This document shows positions 12,092 to 25,588 of a DNA stretch of 64,000 nucleotides, one piece after another. A model generated the notes under the pieces. It was not told the DNA's origin and did no database searches. It was given only the letters and a program-made list of their open reading frames with translations. The DNA comes from Lama glama. Lineage: Eukaryota. The stretch covers positions 57,972,001 through 58,036,000 of the forward strand of contig CM052817.1 of NCBI GenBank assembly GCA_028534125.1. The letters run 5' to 3'. Each line of letters begins with the position of its first letter. Position 1 is the stretch's first letter. The position numbers were made by a program, and so were the translations under genes.

Positions 12092-12446
12092 TTTATCGGC
12101 TGAATTGTGCCCCCCTCCAAATTCGTATGTTGCAGTCATAACCCTCAGTACCTTAAAATGTATTTGGAGATAAGCTTTTTCAGAGGTGAGTAAGTTAAAA
12201 TGAGATCTTCAGGGTGGACCTTAATCCACTGACTGATGTCTTTATAATAAGAGAAGCAGATGCCCCAAGGAAAGACCACATGAGGACGCGGCAAGAAGGG
12301 GGCCGACTGCAAGCCTATAGGAGAGACCTCAGAAGAAACCGAACCTGAGAACATCTTGATCTTAGACTTCATGCCTCCAGATGAAATAAATTTCTCATGC
12401 TTAAGTATGTGAAATTTTGTCATGGCAACCCTAGCAAACTAATACA
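12092..12446 (+). mobile_element. MaLR solo LTR (MLT1A/B-like)
   Basis: GGCTGAATTGTGCCCCCC...AAATTCGTATGTTG...TATTTGGAGATA...CCCTAGCAAACTAATACA. Confidence 0.88.
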
Positions 12447-12672
12447 TGTATGTTATATACAATTATTCATACAATTATTATATAACCATATACATGTGCA
12501 TATTAATTACATATAACACATATACATTAATATATAATAATCAACATATAAATATAAACATTAATATTTATATTACATATTTAGTTATATATCATTGAAA
12601 GAGTTTGATAACATTAAATATATGTCTATATCATTTATATCTTATTTCTATCTATAAATAGATAGATATAGA
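12447..12672. repeat. TA-rich low-complexity tract
   Basis: Degenerate (TA)n/(TATAC)n/(GATA)n sequence. Confidence 0.7.
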
Positions 12673-13679
12673 TCAACAGGGTAAATTCCCTTGGAAGAAA
12701 CAGTATTAAGATCAATATAATTGACTTATGTCAGCAAGTAAATTTTTAGAAGTTTTTGTCTATATTGGAAAACACTAACTGTGAATTGAAAAAAAAAATA
12801 GAATGCAGAGATCATTCCTCATAGATAGCTTGTGGGGGATATATAATTCTACTTTGCTACCAAGCAATTTGCCTTCCCTAGCCAAGCACATTTTAAAAAA
12901 TGCTGACAACACACTTACAGAATTGCCTCCAACCTAACAACCTTAATAAGAAATTTCTGTTTATGTTTTGATCGTCCCACAGCATGGTGGTGGCCTCTTT
13001 CAAAGGACTGTACCAATCATTTGCTCATGTATGCTGGTAACAGCATGTTGCCAACTTCCACACTGTTGGACCTGTCTATTTGACACACTTGATCATGGGT
13101 CCTCACATTCTTACAGAGCATATGTTTTTCCTTAAATAAGGCTTATGCTTTGCTCATGCAGTATATACTGTATATATGTGACACCTTACTGTTAATATTG
13201 CCGAACATTTCCCCATTCATTTTAAACATTCCATTAATACCCATGTGATTTAATTCTTGAGTGAAGGTGACTCCAGAATTGTTAAAATCTAATTTATATT
13301 TTCCTTCCAAGACTATCACTCTGAAGTACAGTTTCAGTTGACATTATTATGTTGATAATATATGAGTTTATTTTTCATCTTTCAAACAGCAGTTTAAAAA
13401 TTGATTTTTTAAGCGTCATTTTTTAAGTAAAATTGTGAGGATCACTCCATAACCTGAATGGTGCTTTATAATTCTCATTTTCATATGAATTGTATTTATT
13501 CCACAGCTACAGGGATATTTTGATTCATGTATTTTGTGACAGCAGGAAACTTCACTGGATTGTACTACAGTGCAGGTTTAAAATATTTTGGTACTTTATT
13601 TCTTTAAAATCTTACGAAAGTGAGATCTTAGAATAACATATTAAGGGATCTTATATACAATAACAATTTAAAACTCAAA

Positions 13680-13835
13680 ATGAGCCTACCAGCTAGGCAG
13701 TATTGCCCCTATTTTACATTAAGAAGTTATTGAGAGACTCATAAATTTTAGACTATTCACTAATCTGAACTAGATGTCAGGGAAAAGATGAACCATGTCT
13801 GATGCCAAAATCCACTCTTTTACCTACTATGCTAC
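13680..13835 (-). mobile_element. MIR fragment
   Basis: TATTGCCCTATTTTACA...TCTGATGCCAAAATCCACTCTTTTACCTACTATGCT. Confidence 0.55.
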
Positions 13836-14059
13836 ACTAATACATAACTCTCATTAAAATAATTGTGAATCAATTCTGTTTGGGCTCTGCATCTGAAGAT
13901 TCATTATTTTAAGGTTGATGTTATTTAATAAACCAGGTTTTTCAAAACCCCTATTTAAATTTATACAACTGGTTGATTAAAATCAAGCATTTAAAATGGT
14001 TATATAAGCCTGATCATAATAGAAAAAAATCTGATATTTTGATATTAAAATTAATGTTT

Positions 14060-15550
14060 GGAAAGCATTCCCAAGATGGTGGTGTAGAAAGACCCTGAGT
14101 TCACCTCCTCTCATGGGTACAGCAAAATTACAGCTATTTACAGAACAACTATTGATGAAAAAGGCCAGAACCTACCAGAAAAGATCTTCTAAACTAAGGA
14201 TATAAAGAAGGAACCACAGGGAGATGAGTAGGAGGGGCAGAGTCACAGTACAGTCAAGACCCCTGGGCAGGTGACCCACAAATAGAAGAATAATTACAAT
14301 TGCAGAGGTCCTCCTCAAGGAGCCAGGGGTCTGAGCTCTACATCAGGCTCCCCAGCCTGGTGGTCCTGCACCAGGAAGATGGGCCCCTACAATGTTTGGC
14401 TTTGAAGATCAGTGGGGTTTGCTTTAGGGAGCCCAAGAGGGCTGTGGGAAATAGAGACTCCACTCTTAAAGGGTACACACAAAATCTCACACGCTCCAGG
14501 ACCCCTGGCAGAAGCAGTAATTTGATAGGAGCCTGGGACAGACCTACCTGCTGACCTTGGAGAGTCTCCCCCAGAGACAGGAGGCCACTGGAGCTCACCC
14601 CAGGGACACAGACGCTGGTGGCAGCCATCTGGGGGAGCTCATTCTACTACATAGATGCTGGTATTGGCATGTACCATTTTGGAGTTGGCCCTCCAGCTTA
14701 TTGGCCACAGGACCCAGCCCCACCTCCGCCCACCAGCCAAGCAACTAACTAGGCAGGGGCACAGCCCCACCCACCAGCAGGCTTCTTAAAAACCTCCTGA
14801 CCACCAGAGGGCCCAAAACCTGGCCCCATGCACCAGTGTGCAGGTATTAGACCAGGAATCCCTGGGTGCCTGCAACCAGAGACCCAGCAGGCACCGGCTC
14901 CAGAATTCCCTGAGGCCTGACCCTGCCCACCAGCAAGCCAATCTAGTGTAGCCACACCCACCAGAGAACGGACACCAGCCCCAGGACCACCACAACTCCA
15001 CATCCTGCTAAAGCAGAACCCAGCCCAGCCACCAGCAGGCCAGCACCAGCCATTGGGCTGGATGGGCCCTGACCACATCCACCAATAGATCAACAAAAGC
15101 GTCTGGACATCCCAAACCCCACAGCTAGTTTTGCCAGGAACTAGCCCCACCCACCAGTGGTCTGACACCAGTTCTGGGACCCCAGGATCCTGCAGCCAGG
15201 GCCCAGGATGCAGCTCTGCCTGCCAATGGGCCAGCACCAGCCCCAGAAACTGGCTTCACCCACCTGTGGGCGGGCATCAACTGTAGGATCTCTTGGATTC
15301 TGACTCCACCAACCAATGTGCCAGCACTAGCCCTGGGACCCACTCCCCCCATCCCTGGGGTTTTGCAGCAACCACTTTGTGACCCAGCCCCTCCAACCAG
15401 TGGCTGGCAGCCTCCACACAAAGCAGAGTCTGGCAACCAACAGGACTGGGGGCCAGCCATGCCTTCTGGACCACCCACAGTAGTCAGCCCACTACAACAG
15501 AAGGCCTCACGCAGTCCACATGGGGGTACCTCTAAAGGATATTCTGGAGA
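14060..15550 (+). mobile_element. isolated L1 5' UTR (promoter region) with internal tandem array
   Basis: Starts CCCAAGATGGTGGTGTAG...CCTGAGTTCACCTCCTCTCATGGG as in Laurasiatherian L1 5' ends. GC-rich, with repeated CAGCCCCACCCACCAG units. Confidence 0.75.
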
Positions 15551-16619
15551 ACAAAATCATAAAATGAGACTCAGAATATGTTATTTGTTAAGCTCATTTT
15601 TCAGACAAAGTATGGTGGGGCTGAACACATTAGTAAGTGGAAAATTTCTTCAATAGATATTTACAAATGAGAGTTCCAAACAGCCTTAGGGCTGACCCAT
15701 ATATTTTGACGATATGACAATATTATCTCTTCATCCCTCCCTGTGACAACTTTGAGTGTCTGTCAAGTAAACAACTTGAATTTGAATTCCTCTTATATTA
15801 TACAGTTTTTCACCTAATTGGATTGATGTGACACTTGGAAAAGTTTGCAGTGATGATTGACAACAGCAATTTTATCATTCCAGCACCCTCTGTGGTATGA
15901 TGTAATCAACCAAGACATTCTTTTCATCTTTATTTCTCCCTTTGGCTAGGAAACCTCATGTGTGAAACAAATATACAAATAAAATGGAACATAGTGTATT
16001 GATGTGGTTGTTAAAAATGGTTTGGAAGCGTGAAAACCCTGCTCTCCTTCCTTGCTCCTTCAACAGGAAGGATCTTGTACACACAATGCTTATTTCTATC
16101 TCTCCAGGTGACCGAGGGAAATAATGTTTAATTATCTGAATGATTAATGCACTGACACACTGATTTATACCACTGTTTTCAAACACTGTTTCTTGAAAAG
16201 AAGAAAACTTTCTGGAACCCTCAGGAAGATTGTCCACACTTCGCAGTTGAGAAACTAATTGAAGACACTAAATTCTTAATCTAACAAAACATGTTAAATT
16301 ATGGATTTCACTATAAAAGAGAAATTTCACCTATATAACTCTTAAAAACAATTTTTAGGGTTATCATCCAAATAAAAACACAAAATTCATGATTTCATTT
16401 TGAATTTTTGGTTCTCAGTTTCTATAATTCATGGACCTCTAGTTTGCCTACACAAAATCAGAAAATTCTGCTTCTAATTTAATGAGAGATTTCCTCAGCA
16501 AGAGGCTGGCACCTGGCTTCAGCCCTGTGTGTTATTAGGTAAGTCTTAGCAGTTCACATCAACGCTGCATCTTTTCCCTCATCAAAAATGACAGTTACAT
16601 TTGATAATCTCTGAGGACG

Positions 16620-16995
16620 TGTGGTAAGTCAAACGATGCTCCTCTCCCCTAGACATAACCCCTGGAACCCATATGGCAGATGTGCTTAAGGTAAGGATCC
16701 TGAGATTGGGAGATTGTGTTGGACTATCTGTGGGCCCTAAATGTAATCACAGTGTCTTTACAAGAAGGAGGCAGAGGGATATTTGATACAGAAGAGGAAA
16801 AGGCAGTGAGACCATGGAGTGATGCAGCCACAAGCAAGGAACACCAGAGCCCTTCCAAGGAACAGATCCTTCCCTAAAGTCCCTAGATGGAGCATGGCCC
16901 TGCTGACACATTATTTTGGCCCATAATACTGATTTTAGACTCCTGACCTCCAGAACTGTGACAATAATTTTCTGTTTTTGAAAGCCACTAAGTTC
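16620..16995 (+). mobile_element. MaLR solo LTR (MLT1C/D-like)
   Basis: GCAGATGTGCTTAAGGTAAGGATCCTGAGAT...GGGCCCTAAATGTAATCACA...TGACCTCCAGAACTGTGA...AAGCCACTAAGTT. Confidence 0.85.
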
Positions 16996-17199
16996 AAACC
17001 ATTCTCCACAAGGCAGCTAAGCTGATCTTTAGATAAGTTTACTTGCTTGCTTAAACATTCTAAATATATCTTTATAAATGAAATCTATGCCTAATCTAGC
17101 ACCTTTCTTTTTCTCCAGACTCATCTCAAACTCTCCATCATATGCATAATTCACACTCAAGATTTTCTTCAGTTTCTCTAAAATGTCAAGTTTTCCCTG

Positions 17200-17510
17200 C
17201 CATAATTTCCTAATCGACATTTCTTTCTGCATAGAACATTCCTACAACCCCACCTCCAGCTATTCCCATGTATGGTTTTTCATTCTGATTTCAGCTTACA
17301 TTTTACCTCTTTAGAGAAATTGTCCCTGACCACCCAAGGAAGGAAGAAACCTCCCCTGTTATTCTGTCAGGTACCCTGCTTGCTTCCTTCATAGCACTTT
17401 CCAGAAATTATTCCATTATTCTATTTATGTGCTTATTATTTATCCGTTTCCCTTACTAGACTGAAAGTTCTATGACTTACAGGGGTGAGACCTCATTAGT
17501 CTTTGTTAAG
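17200..17510 (+). mobile_element. L2 3' fragment
   Basis: CCCTGACCACCC...TTCCTTCATAGCACTT...ACTAGACTGAAAGTTCTATGA. Confidence 0.7.
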
Positions 17511-17519
17511 GTTTTGTTT

Positions 17520-18560
17520 TTATTGTAATTTCTTTTCATTTTTATTAAAATTTTACATGTACAGAAATTTTAAAAAGAACTAAATGCATTAAGTTTGATA
17601 ACGATGAAGCAGCAATCCCTGGATGCCTTTCCCACATTCCTCCTTCTCATGGGTAATGATGTTCACCACTTCTAGCAGATTACTGTGGTGTTTAACTTCA
17701 TGATTTTCGTAAACATGTCTGTATTCCTACTTTTTGATATTTCAGTTTTAGCAATCATTTGATCACTTGCTACTGTGGAAGATGAGCCCCACAAATACAC
17801 AACCCTCCCATCACGAAACCTCCCAATAGAGCTGTGTCATTTGTTTGATTAGATCAATATTTTTGTTTACACTATGTTGATTATGCAAATGTTAGGTACA
17901 GATGAGTTTTCTCTGGAGTTAATCATCATCTTTGTTTGTTTGCTTAGTTTTCACTGTATTCTTTACTAATTGAATCCCAAATCCTTTGCCAATTATTTAA
18001 ATCTCCTAAATGATCAGATTTATGAGTCATTCTATCAGTTTCTGTTTTTTGACTCCAATCTAGTCTCATTGTCCTCTTGGCCTGATGCACAGCTGCCATC
18101 CAGGGACTCTTTGTACTTCCATACTGGGGATTTATGTCTTTCCAAACAGAATCTATTCAGTGTTTTCCTCTTTCTTGTTTTAGTCCTTTGTTTCAATGGA
18201 TCAACTTCTCCAGTATTTGTAGAAAGAATGCAAGGGGCATCATTCTTTGCTGCCCTGAATGACTAATGTATCTTTATTCTATCCTCATCCTTGACTGAGT
18301 GTGGTTTAGTTTTAAATTCTCAATTTAAAACAACTTCCCTTCAGCAGTCTTAGCATGTGATCCATGACCTTGTTGGCTCTCAACGTGACCACGAAGAAAT
18401 TCAAGGTTGTTTTGACCCTTAAGCTTTATTAGTGTCCTTCCTTTTTTTGGTTTTCTTTTGCTCTCTGGAAGCTTATAGAAGTTTCTCTTTCCAGAGTGTT
18501 CTGCATATTCACTATGTATCTAAGTATGAACTTCTTTGTTTCCATTAATCTGGGCACTCT
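17520..18560 (-). mobile_element. old L1ME/HAL1-like fragment
   Basis: T-rich antisense LINE-like text, e.g. TCTTTATTCTATCCTCATCCTTGA, TCTCTGGAAGCTTATAGAA and CTGGGCACTC. Confidence 0.5.
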
Positions 18561-20392
18561 GAAAAGAAAGGAAGAATAAAGGTAGCTGAGTTGGCAAAAC
18601 TGAGTAACAAAAAGAGAACAGGATAAGGCTATTATGGATATTGGCAAGAAAGAAGCTGGGCAGTCGAAGAGGATGTGGTGCATAGAGGATAGTATGGATA
18701 CTTTCCAGAATTATTAGTCAAAGTTGTGTGCTGCTGGTGGGGTGAGAGGAAAGGGAGCAGGGAGGCAGAAGGACTTGGACCTCTCCAAAAGTACACATTC
18801 TGTGTTGAATCATGGGACTCACAACTAAATCACAGCACAGGTGCGCAGCAAGTAATGTCATTTGTAATTTCCTGGTCTCTACTACGTTGTGGAAAGAGCA
18901 GCAGTCTCTGATGCTTGCAGAAGATAGATGTCTTGGGACTCCATAGGGGTAGATTTGGTCAGCTCCTGAATTCCTAATTAGTACACAGTTGTCTCAATAG
19001 GCCACCTGATACATTATCACACAAGCAGCTACAGTAAACTCAATTTTTGTCTTCCTCCAGCCCCTATGGAGATGCTAGAATGAATTCTTCCTGGTGGCTG
19101 TAATTAGATCGATGAATGCAGTCCTTACCTCTTACTGCTGTAATTAATTATGTTTTGTCTGGTCGTTTCCCAAGGATGAGTTTTGAAGTCATATGTGCTT
19201 AGATGAAGATATAGCTGGCAGATGTTTTGCAAGGTTAATAATAAAAAATTAGGGAGAGGGACCAATAATATGTGATTGCTGACCTAGTCTGATGAGAATA
19301 GGAAAGAAAACAAAATGAACAAACAAAAACAACCTTAAAAAACCCAAACTGTACAGAATGCCCCGAACCCAACAGAAAGAATTGAATGAGACATAGGCTG
19401 TTTTTAATTCTGAATTTCATGATCTCTTTCAGCCTACTAAAGTACAAATTACTTCACTAGAAGTAATTTACTAAATGTATTCTGGAGGAATCCCTGAGTC
19501 CATGTATTACTGAAAATGCTCAATTTGTTCCTTTCTTGTAGTAACAGGCCCAACAAATTATATAGAAATAGGGAAACAAGAAATGTCATTAAATATATTG
19601 AACTGGTTGAAGTAACAGTTTTCAAACTGTGTTCCAAGGTCAGAGGCTACTTGCAGAAGGGCAAAGCAGAGGCAGCTTCAAAGCGATCAACTCAAGTTTT
19701 ATCTGTTTTCTATATTGAGCTTCTATGTAAGATTAAGTTTAAAAGCGGAACTCTGCTCTAAAATAAATCAGAAAATCATTGGTCTTCTAAGAAAAAAGAA
19801 ACATCTTTAAAATACACACACAGCTATGTTCAAGTATACTATATAGCATATCAAAACCATAATGTTTTAAACTTCTGTAGCTATCATTTAAGAATATTCT
19901 CATATACCTGATTTAATAATTTTGAAATAAAAAGGAAGTAAGAAAAGGAAAAACTGTGGAAAGGAAAAAGGGAAGCAGACATGATGGACTGGATTCTAGT
20001 TCTAATTTTATTCAACTTTTAAGTAAATTATTCTTTGACAATTACCCTTAAAGTCTATGACTACATGCAAATAGATTTAAAATAGATGCATGATTATTTC
20101 TTTTTATTCAAAAAGCTAATATTGCATTAAAAAAATTGCCCCAGAAGGATGAATCAAGTGACACTAAAATATAACTAGAATATACTAGGTACTCTATGAA
20201 TATTTGTTAAATAAGTAAATGATGAATAAATTTTCTGAAGTTATAAAACTATAATTTCATCTATTCATGCAAATGTGAGATGATTATTAAAGCTTTATGA
20301 AAATATGTATTTCCTCACATTGTCAGGAAAAATTTTACCTTTCTCTTGGATCGCCAAAAAAGACTTACTTGGTTCTCTCCCTTTGAAACAAA

Positions 20393-21080
20393 ATTAAGGT
20401 GAAATTCACTTAACATAAAATTAACAAGGTAAAAACGTGAACGATTCAGGAGCACTAAGTACATTCACAATGTAGTACAACACCAATATGTATCTGATTT
20501 CAAAACATTTTTGTCACCCCAAAGAAAACCCTCCTACCCACTAAGAAATCATTCTCTCCTCAGCCCCTGGCAATCACCAATTTGCTTTCTGACTCTATGT
20601 ATTTATCTATTTTGAATATTTCATATAAATGGAATCATGCTAAAATGTGACGTTTTGCATCTGGCTTATTTTACTTAGTGTAATATTTTTGAGGTTCATC
20701 CATGTTGTAGCATAGATCAGTACTTTATTTCTTTTTTAACTAAAAATATTCCATTGTATGTATATGTATCCATTGTATTTATACATCCATCTGTTGATGG
20801 ACATTTGGACTGTTTCCACCTTAAGCTATTATAAACAGAGTTGCTGTGAACATTTATTTACAAGTATTTCCTTTGGTACCTGTTTTCAATTTTCCAGAGC
20901 ATATGCCTAGGAATGCAATTGCTGGGTCATACAGTAATTCTATTTTTAAGTTTTTGAGGAACTGCCAAACTGTTTATCACAGTGACTGCACCATTTTACA
21001 TTCCCCCCAGCAAAGTACAAGGTTTCCAATTTCTCCATAATCTCACAAACACCTGTTATTTTCCATTTGGTTGTCTTTAA
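20393..21080 (-). mobile_element. L1MB-like 3' end
   Basis: AAGGTGAAATTCACTTAACATAAAATTAAC...CATTTTTGTCACCCCAAA...CAGCCCCTGGCAATCACC...TTTTTGAGGAACTGCCAAACTG. Confidence 0.9.
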
Positions 21081-21679
21081 ATCAAACATTTCTGTGATTA
21101 AGCATAATTAGTGGTTTTATAGGAGAATAAATGATTAGAAAAGGATTTTCTTTTTCATATGGTTCCTTTGCTACTTTTCCAAAACTGAATTTCTTGCTCC
21201 TCTTTATTCAATATATGCAAAGGAATAGTTTCTGACTTTATTAAGGCCCAAATGTAGAATGCCATGTCATTATACTACAGGGACCTGTTTTCTTTAAATG
21301 AGATGCCAGGATTCATTAGGATCCTAGGAACATTCCTACTTGTTTTTATCGCTTCCCACTCCATTCTCATAATGCCACATGTTTTCTTTCCTGTGAACTG
21401 CTTTTGGTGTCGAGTATCTAGGTCCGTTATAGTGAATATTGAGAGAGAATAAGGAACAGAAATACAAGGATGTGAATTAGAAAATATATTTTTTGAAACA
21501 CAGTTTAAACAGGTCTATCCATAGTCTATGCTGTCTCACATATATACACCAAATTATTTCATAGCACAAGAAAATGTAAGTCTCAGAATAATAAAACATG
21601 AATATTTTGACCCATCTTTTGAAATCTCCCCATCATTTTATCTGATTTCATTGGTAATTTTGCTTTTTGTTCATCTAAT

Positions 21680-21900
21680 TTTTTCTGCCCCATGGCTACT
21701 TTATTATCTAGAATCAGTTGTTTAGGTGACGCTAATGTGGCCACATATCAGTTTAATACATTTCTGCTCAAGCAGTGATCAGTCACACACCACCTGCCAC
21801 GCATTGTAACCGATCGCCAAGTAGACAATTTTGACAGCCGGTTCCCGGGAGATTCCTGTGCTGTGTTTTGTAACAGGCGGCTGCCCAGCAGGATCACAGT
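21680..21900 (-). other. possible terminal exon of a non-coding transcript
   Basis: Acceptor TTCTCGTTTTTGGGTTTACATTCCTAG| before 21900, local CpG enrichment, and minus-strand AATAAA at 21705-21700. Confidence 0.3.
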
Positions 21901-22550
21901 CTAGGAATGTAAACCCAAAAACGAGAATGAAAAAAGAGAGAAGGAAAGGATGAAAGTGACTAAGCACGGAATAAAACCCTTAAAAGTTAGAAGGAAACGT
22001 TGAAAGATTATAAAACCATGAACACAGGAAAGAAATATTATAAAGAGCACGCCCTCAGAATTAGAAAGAGAAGTTAAAAAGACTGCACTACATGATGAAC
22101 AATGAAAATTAAATGTAAGACAAACATAAATTCAGAAAGTGACAAAGGGGAAAACACAGAGCATTTGGCAACTTTTGCCAGATAAATTGGAAGGATAGAG
22201 GATAAAAAGCCTAATGTAGCAGAAATAATCAAGGAAACACACACTGTACACAAACAAAGCAATCATTCCTAAAGGCTGTATGTAGTTCATTGACAAAACA
22301 CACACTTCCTTCTTGGGGTTTCGGTCCCATTGTCATTTGTTCGTGTTTATTCATAGGAGTGCAATCAATATTTGTTGGTCCTGTAAGAAAGACAAGCTAT
22401 ATAGGACGTTTACATATGTAAAACATAAAGAAAAAAAGCATTTTTTCTTCTTATAACCTGTAGAAACATTAATTTGTATGTATTGATATTTCCTAAACAT
22501 GTCCTTCCTCTGAGACGGAATAATGTGCCTTTACTCTTCGATGTACTTAC

Positions 22551-22757
22551 CAGGAAATCACACCAAGGAAACCACACAAATATACCCAAAGGAAAGCGTG
22601 CTTTTTAAATGATTCCAGTTAAGAGTTGTAAGTAGGACTTCAGAAGTGGGATGAGGGCCCCCAAGGTTTGCTTCCCCTTGACTCTGAGTGCTGTGACAGG
22701 TGGGAGGACCCCAGACACACTCTGCTTCCTCCTGTCATGCTGAACAGCTTGGAGAAC
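22551..22757 (-). other. possible internal non-coding exon (207 nt)
   Basis: Acceptor GGTTTTCTTTGCTTGTAG|G and donor CTG|GTAAGT. Stops occur in all three frames. Confidence 0.35.
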
Positions 22758-24099
22758 CTACAAGCAAAGAAAACCAGGGCTGTTGCCTTGAATCCTGTTC
22801 AAGAGGAAGACAAAGCGCCTTTGTGCTTGTTCCTGCCCCAGGGAGAGTCCTGTGGTCATGGGATCTGTTACAGAAAACCTGCCTAAAAAGAAAGCTTATT
22901 TGAGACCAGACTCTGGGTAATTGGAGAGTCAAGCTTTTGTGATGCTAGAACCTACAGGGGACAGCCCTGATTTGATTGGTAAAGATCTGCTGTCTCTAAC
23001 CTGTGCAGTGATATCTTCTGTTGATGAAGACATTGATGCTGGCTTTGTGGTAGGAAATTATTCTAGGGTTACCCCTGCTCAATTAATTTTTATGAGTTTA
23101 GATTAGAATGAGATAAACAAAGTCACAAGGACAGAAAGTCCACGAACATAGAAAAAAAATGATCAAGTAGTTCTGTGAAGAGTGGATACAAAATTATTGG
23201 GTAGTTGTACTGAAGTAGGGAGGTGGGAGGTGAATACATAAGAATCAAAAGAAATTTACATAAAGAGCACCTATTACAAATGCCTCTCTGGAGAAGAAAT
23301 ATTATAAAAATTTAAAAGAGTATTCCTTTAACTCTCGAAATTCCACAATTAATTAATTAGAATTTAGATATAATCTTGTATTTCCATATCACACAGATCC
23401 ATCTTTTTTATCAACCAGTTTAAATAAAACCTGCCCATGGTAATTCACAACAAATTTATCTAGCCAGTATAGAGATGTAGTGTGATTAGCTATTCACACA
23501 AAATCAATTTGTTTCTATTATAGCCATTAATAGATATGTTAGAAATAAGGTACTTCTGACATCTATAAATTTAAGGTATAATAGAACAAAGCATAGGCTG
23601 ATCTGACTCAGACATCACTAGGTAAAGGATGCTACTTTCCCGATCAGCCCACATTACACTGGTTTTGTGGTACCATTATGAGTTTAGCCCATGAGTATAG
23701 GTATCTCTCTCAAGGTCAACCAAATAACATTGATAATCATTGATGAAACATTATGGAATTGGAATTGGGTAATTGAATAAACAGGTTATAACTTACTAAC
23801 CAGAGCAAATGTTTTATAACAAATTCAAATAATGTGCAGGTATAATTACAATGAAGCTCTTGCTAAGCACCGATATTGTCTTACTCAGTCATTGAAAACA
23901 CCTGAACACCCTAATGGTTCTATGAGGACCCTTTCATTCTTTCACCTTCCGTTTCTTCATTTTATGATAATTTATATTCTGCATAGGATTTTGGAAATAA
24001 CACAAAATCTATACCATAGGGTTTTGCCAAAACATGTCAGTCAGACTGACCATTTCCTTTTATCAGGATTGATGAGAAAGTTTCAAAACTTCTCAGCAA

Positions 24100-24290
24100 T
24101 TGAGAAAACATGGGCCTTTAGCCAGACCAACCTGGGTTTGAATCTTAGTTGTGCAGCCTCAGTCAAGTGACATAACCCCTCTAACCCTTCGGCTCCTCGG
24201 CACAAAATGAGACCATCTACCATTCAGCGTTACATAAGGATTTGAGACACTTCACTCAAGCCTGGTGCACAGCAGGTACTTGGTAAATAA
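24100..24290 (+). mobile_element. MIR
   Basis: CCTGGGTTTGAATCTTAG...AAGTGACATAACCCCTCT...CCTGGTGCACAGCAGGTACTTGGTAAATA. Confidence 0.75.
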
Positions 24291-25153
24291 AAGTGTACAG
24301 CATTTTTGTTTGTCTGTTTTTTTTATCTCTCCAGTTGTTCTAGGTTCAGTCTTAAAATTGCAATGGTTTTCTTTCTCAAACAGGTTTTATTAATCCAATT
24401 TTCATTGCTCTATTCCTTTAATAAATTGTTGACACAAACATCCGTGCAAGAAGAGGAATTCTGGAAGTATGGATCTGTCCAGTGTGTACTTATGTATTTA
24501 TTGTGTTTGCTATTTCAGAGGCAAATAAGTTCAAAAAGCTGTTCCTTTGCTAAATTCTGAATTACCAATATTTCATTGCTTAACTATTTTAAAACTATCG
24601 TGTATATTTTCACAGTTATAATCCATGTAGCAAATCCATGGAGTTTTATCACCCTTGAAACCTACTCTGGTTCCGGTCTCCTATTTGCACACACACTATG
24701 TCAACCCATTAATAAATCTCAAATCTGTACCTTAATTCCCACTAAAATTACATCATTCATGCAGGACACATACACGAAGTAAACTTAAATAGAGACTTTG
24801 GTGGGACTGAGGAGGTCGAGGGAGACTTACACTGAAGCAACACCAATGTCTTCCAATCAGATACTGACAACCAGTGTTTAAAATCCACTTGGCTACCTTG
24901 CCACTTGGGGTTTCTCACTGGCACTTTACTCCACATAGTGCCCATACTTAAACCACCTCACTCAGTCCTTCTCACTCGCATTTCATTTTCTCTGCTCTTC
25001 TCTTCCCCCTAATTCTGTCCCTCAAATTGTTTTCTAAAGGAGAGTTTTATGCCATACATCAGCATATTATCTAAAGTCCTTACTTTGCAAAAGTCATTAC
25101 ATTGCTTTAGGAAGTATTGGTCTAGCTTTCTTTGCTAAAAGCCAATTTGGTCT

Positions 25154-25588
25154 TGTAGTGGGCACTATGATGTGTCACCAAGATGCCCTGTCAGGAAGGA
25201 AGAGCTTCTCCCTAGCCACTGGTAATGTTGTCTCTGTGAGCCCCAGAATTGGCTCAGGTGAAGACAGTCTTCCTGACCAGGGCCATGTGCCCAGTCTCGG
25301 GCAGCCCAGAGCTGACAGTTGGTCCATGTAGAGATGCATGGGCCTCGCCTTCTCACTTACAGTCAGGAACGCTGACAGGCCATCTCAGCTTCAGGGCTCC
25401 TGCTGGGACCAGTTGACTGACTGAGCTGAGGTCTCTGGCATGATTTTGATGCAGCTCAACCTCTCCTTCTGCTCAGTCCTGCTTTCCTCCTTTCTTATCA
25501 CAACTGTTAATCCAGAAACCACTCTAGTAAACTTAATGAACAAAAATATATCTTAGAGTCTGCTTCCCAGCCAATCCAACCTGCCACA
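25154..25588 (+). mobile_element. ERVL solo LTR (LTR16-like)
   Basis: TG...CA termini. The 3' part CTCAGTCCTGCTTTCCTC...AGAGTCTGCTTCCCAG...CCAACCTGCCACA is characteristic of LTR16. Confidence 0.8.

Noticed and set aside
14720..15420. CRISPR-like repeat-spacer array
   Set aside because: Units are highly degenerate, irregularly spaced and inside a mammalian retroelement; no cas genes.
14300..15656. Overlapping GC-rich ORFs up to 162 aa
   Set aside because: They lie inside the L1 5' UTR tandem array, where stop-codon scarcity is compositional.
18720..19240. Possible ancient LTR-retroelement internal fragment
   Set aside because: No motif I could verify by eye; needs an nhmmer search.
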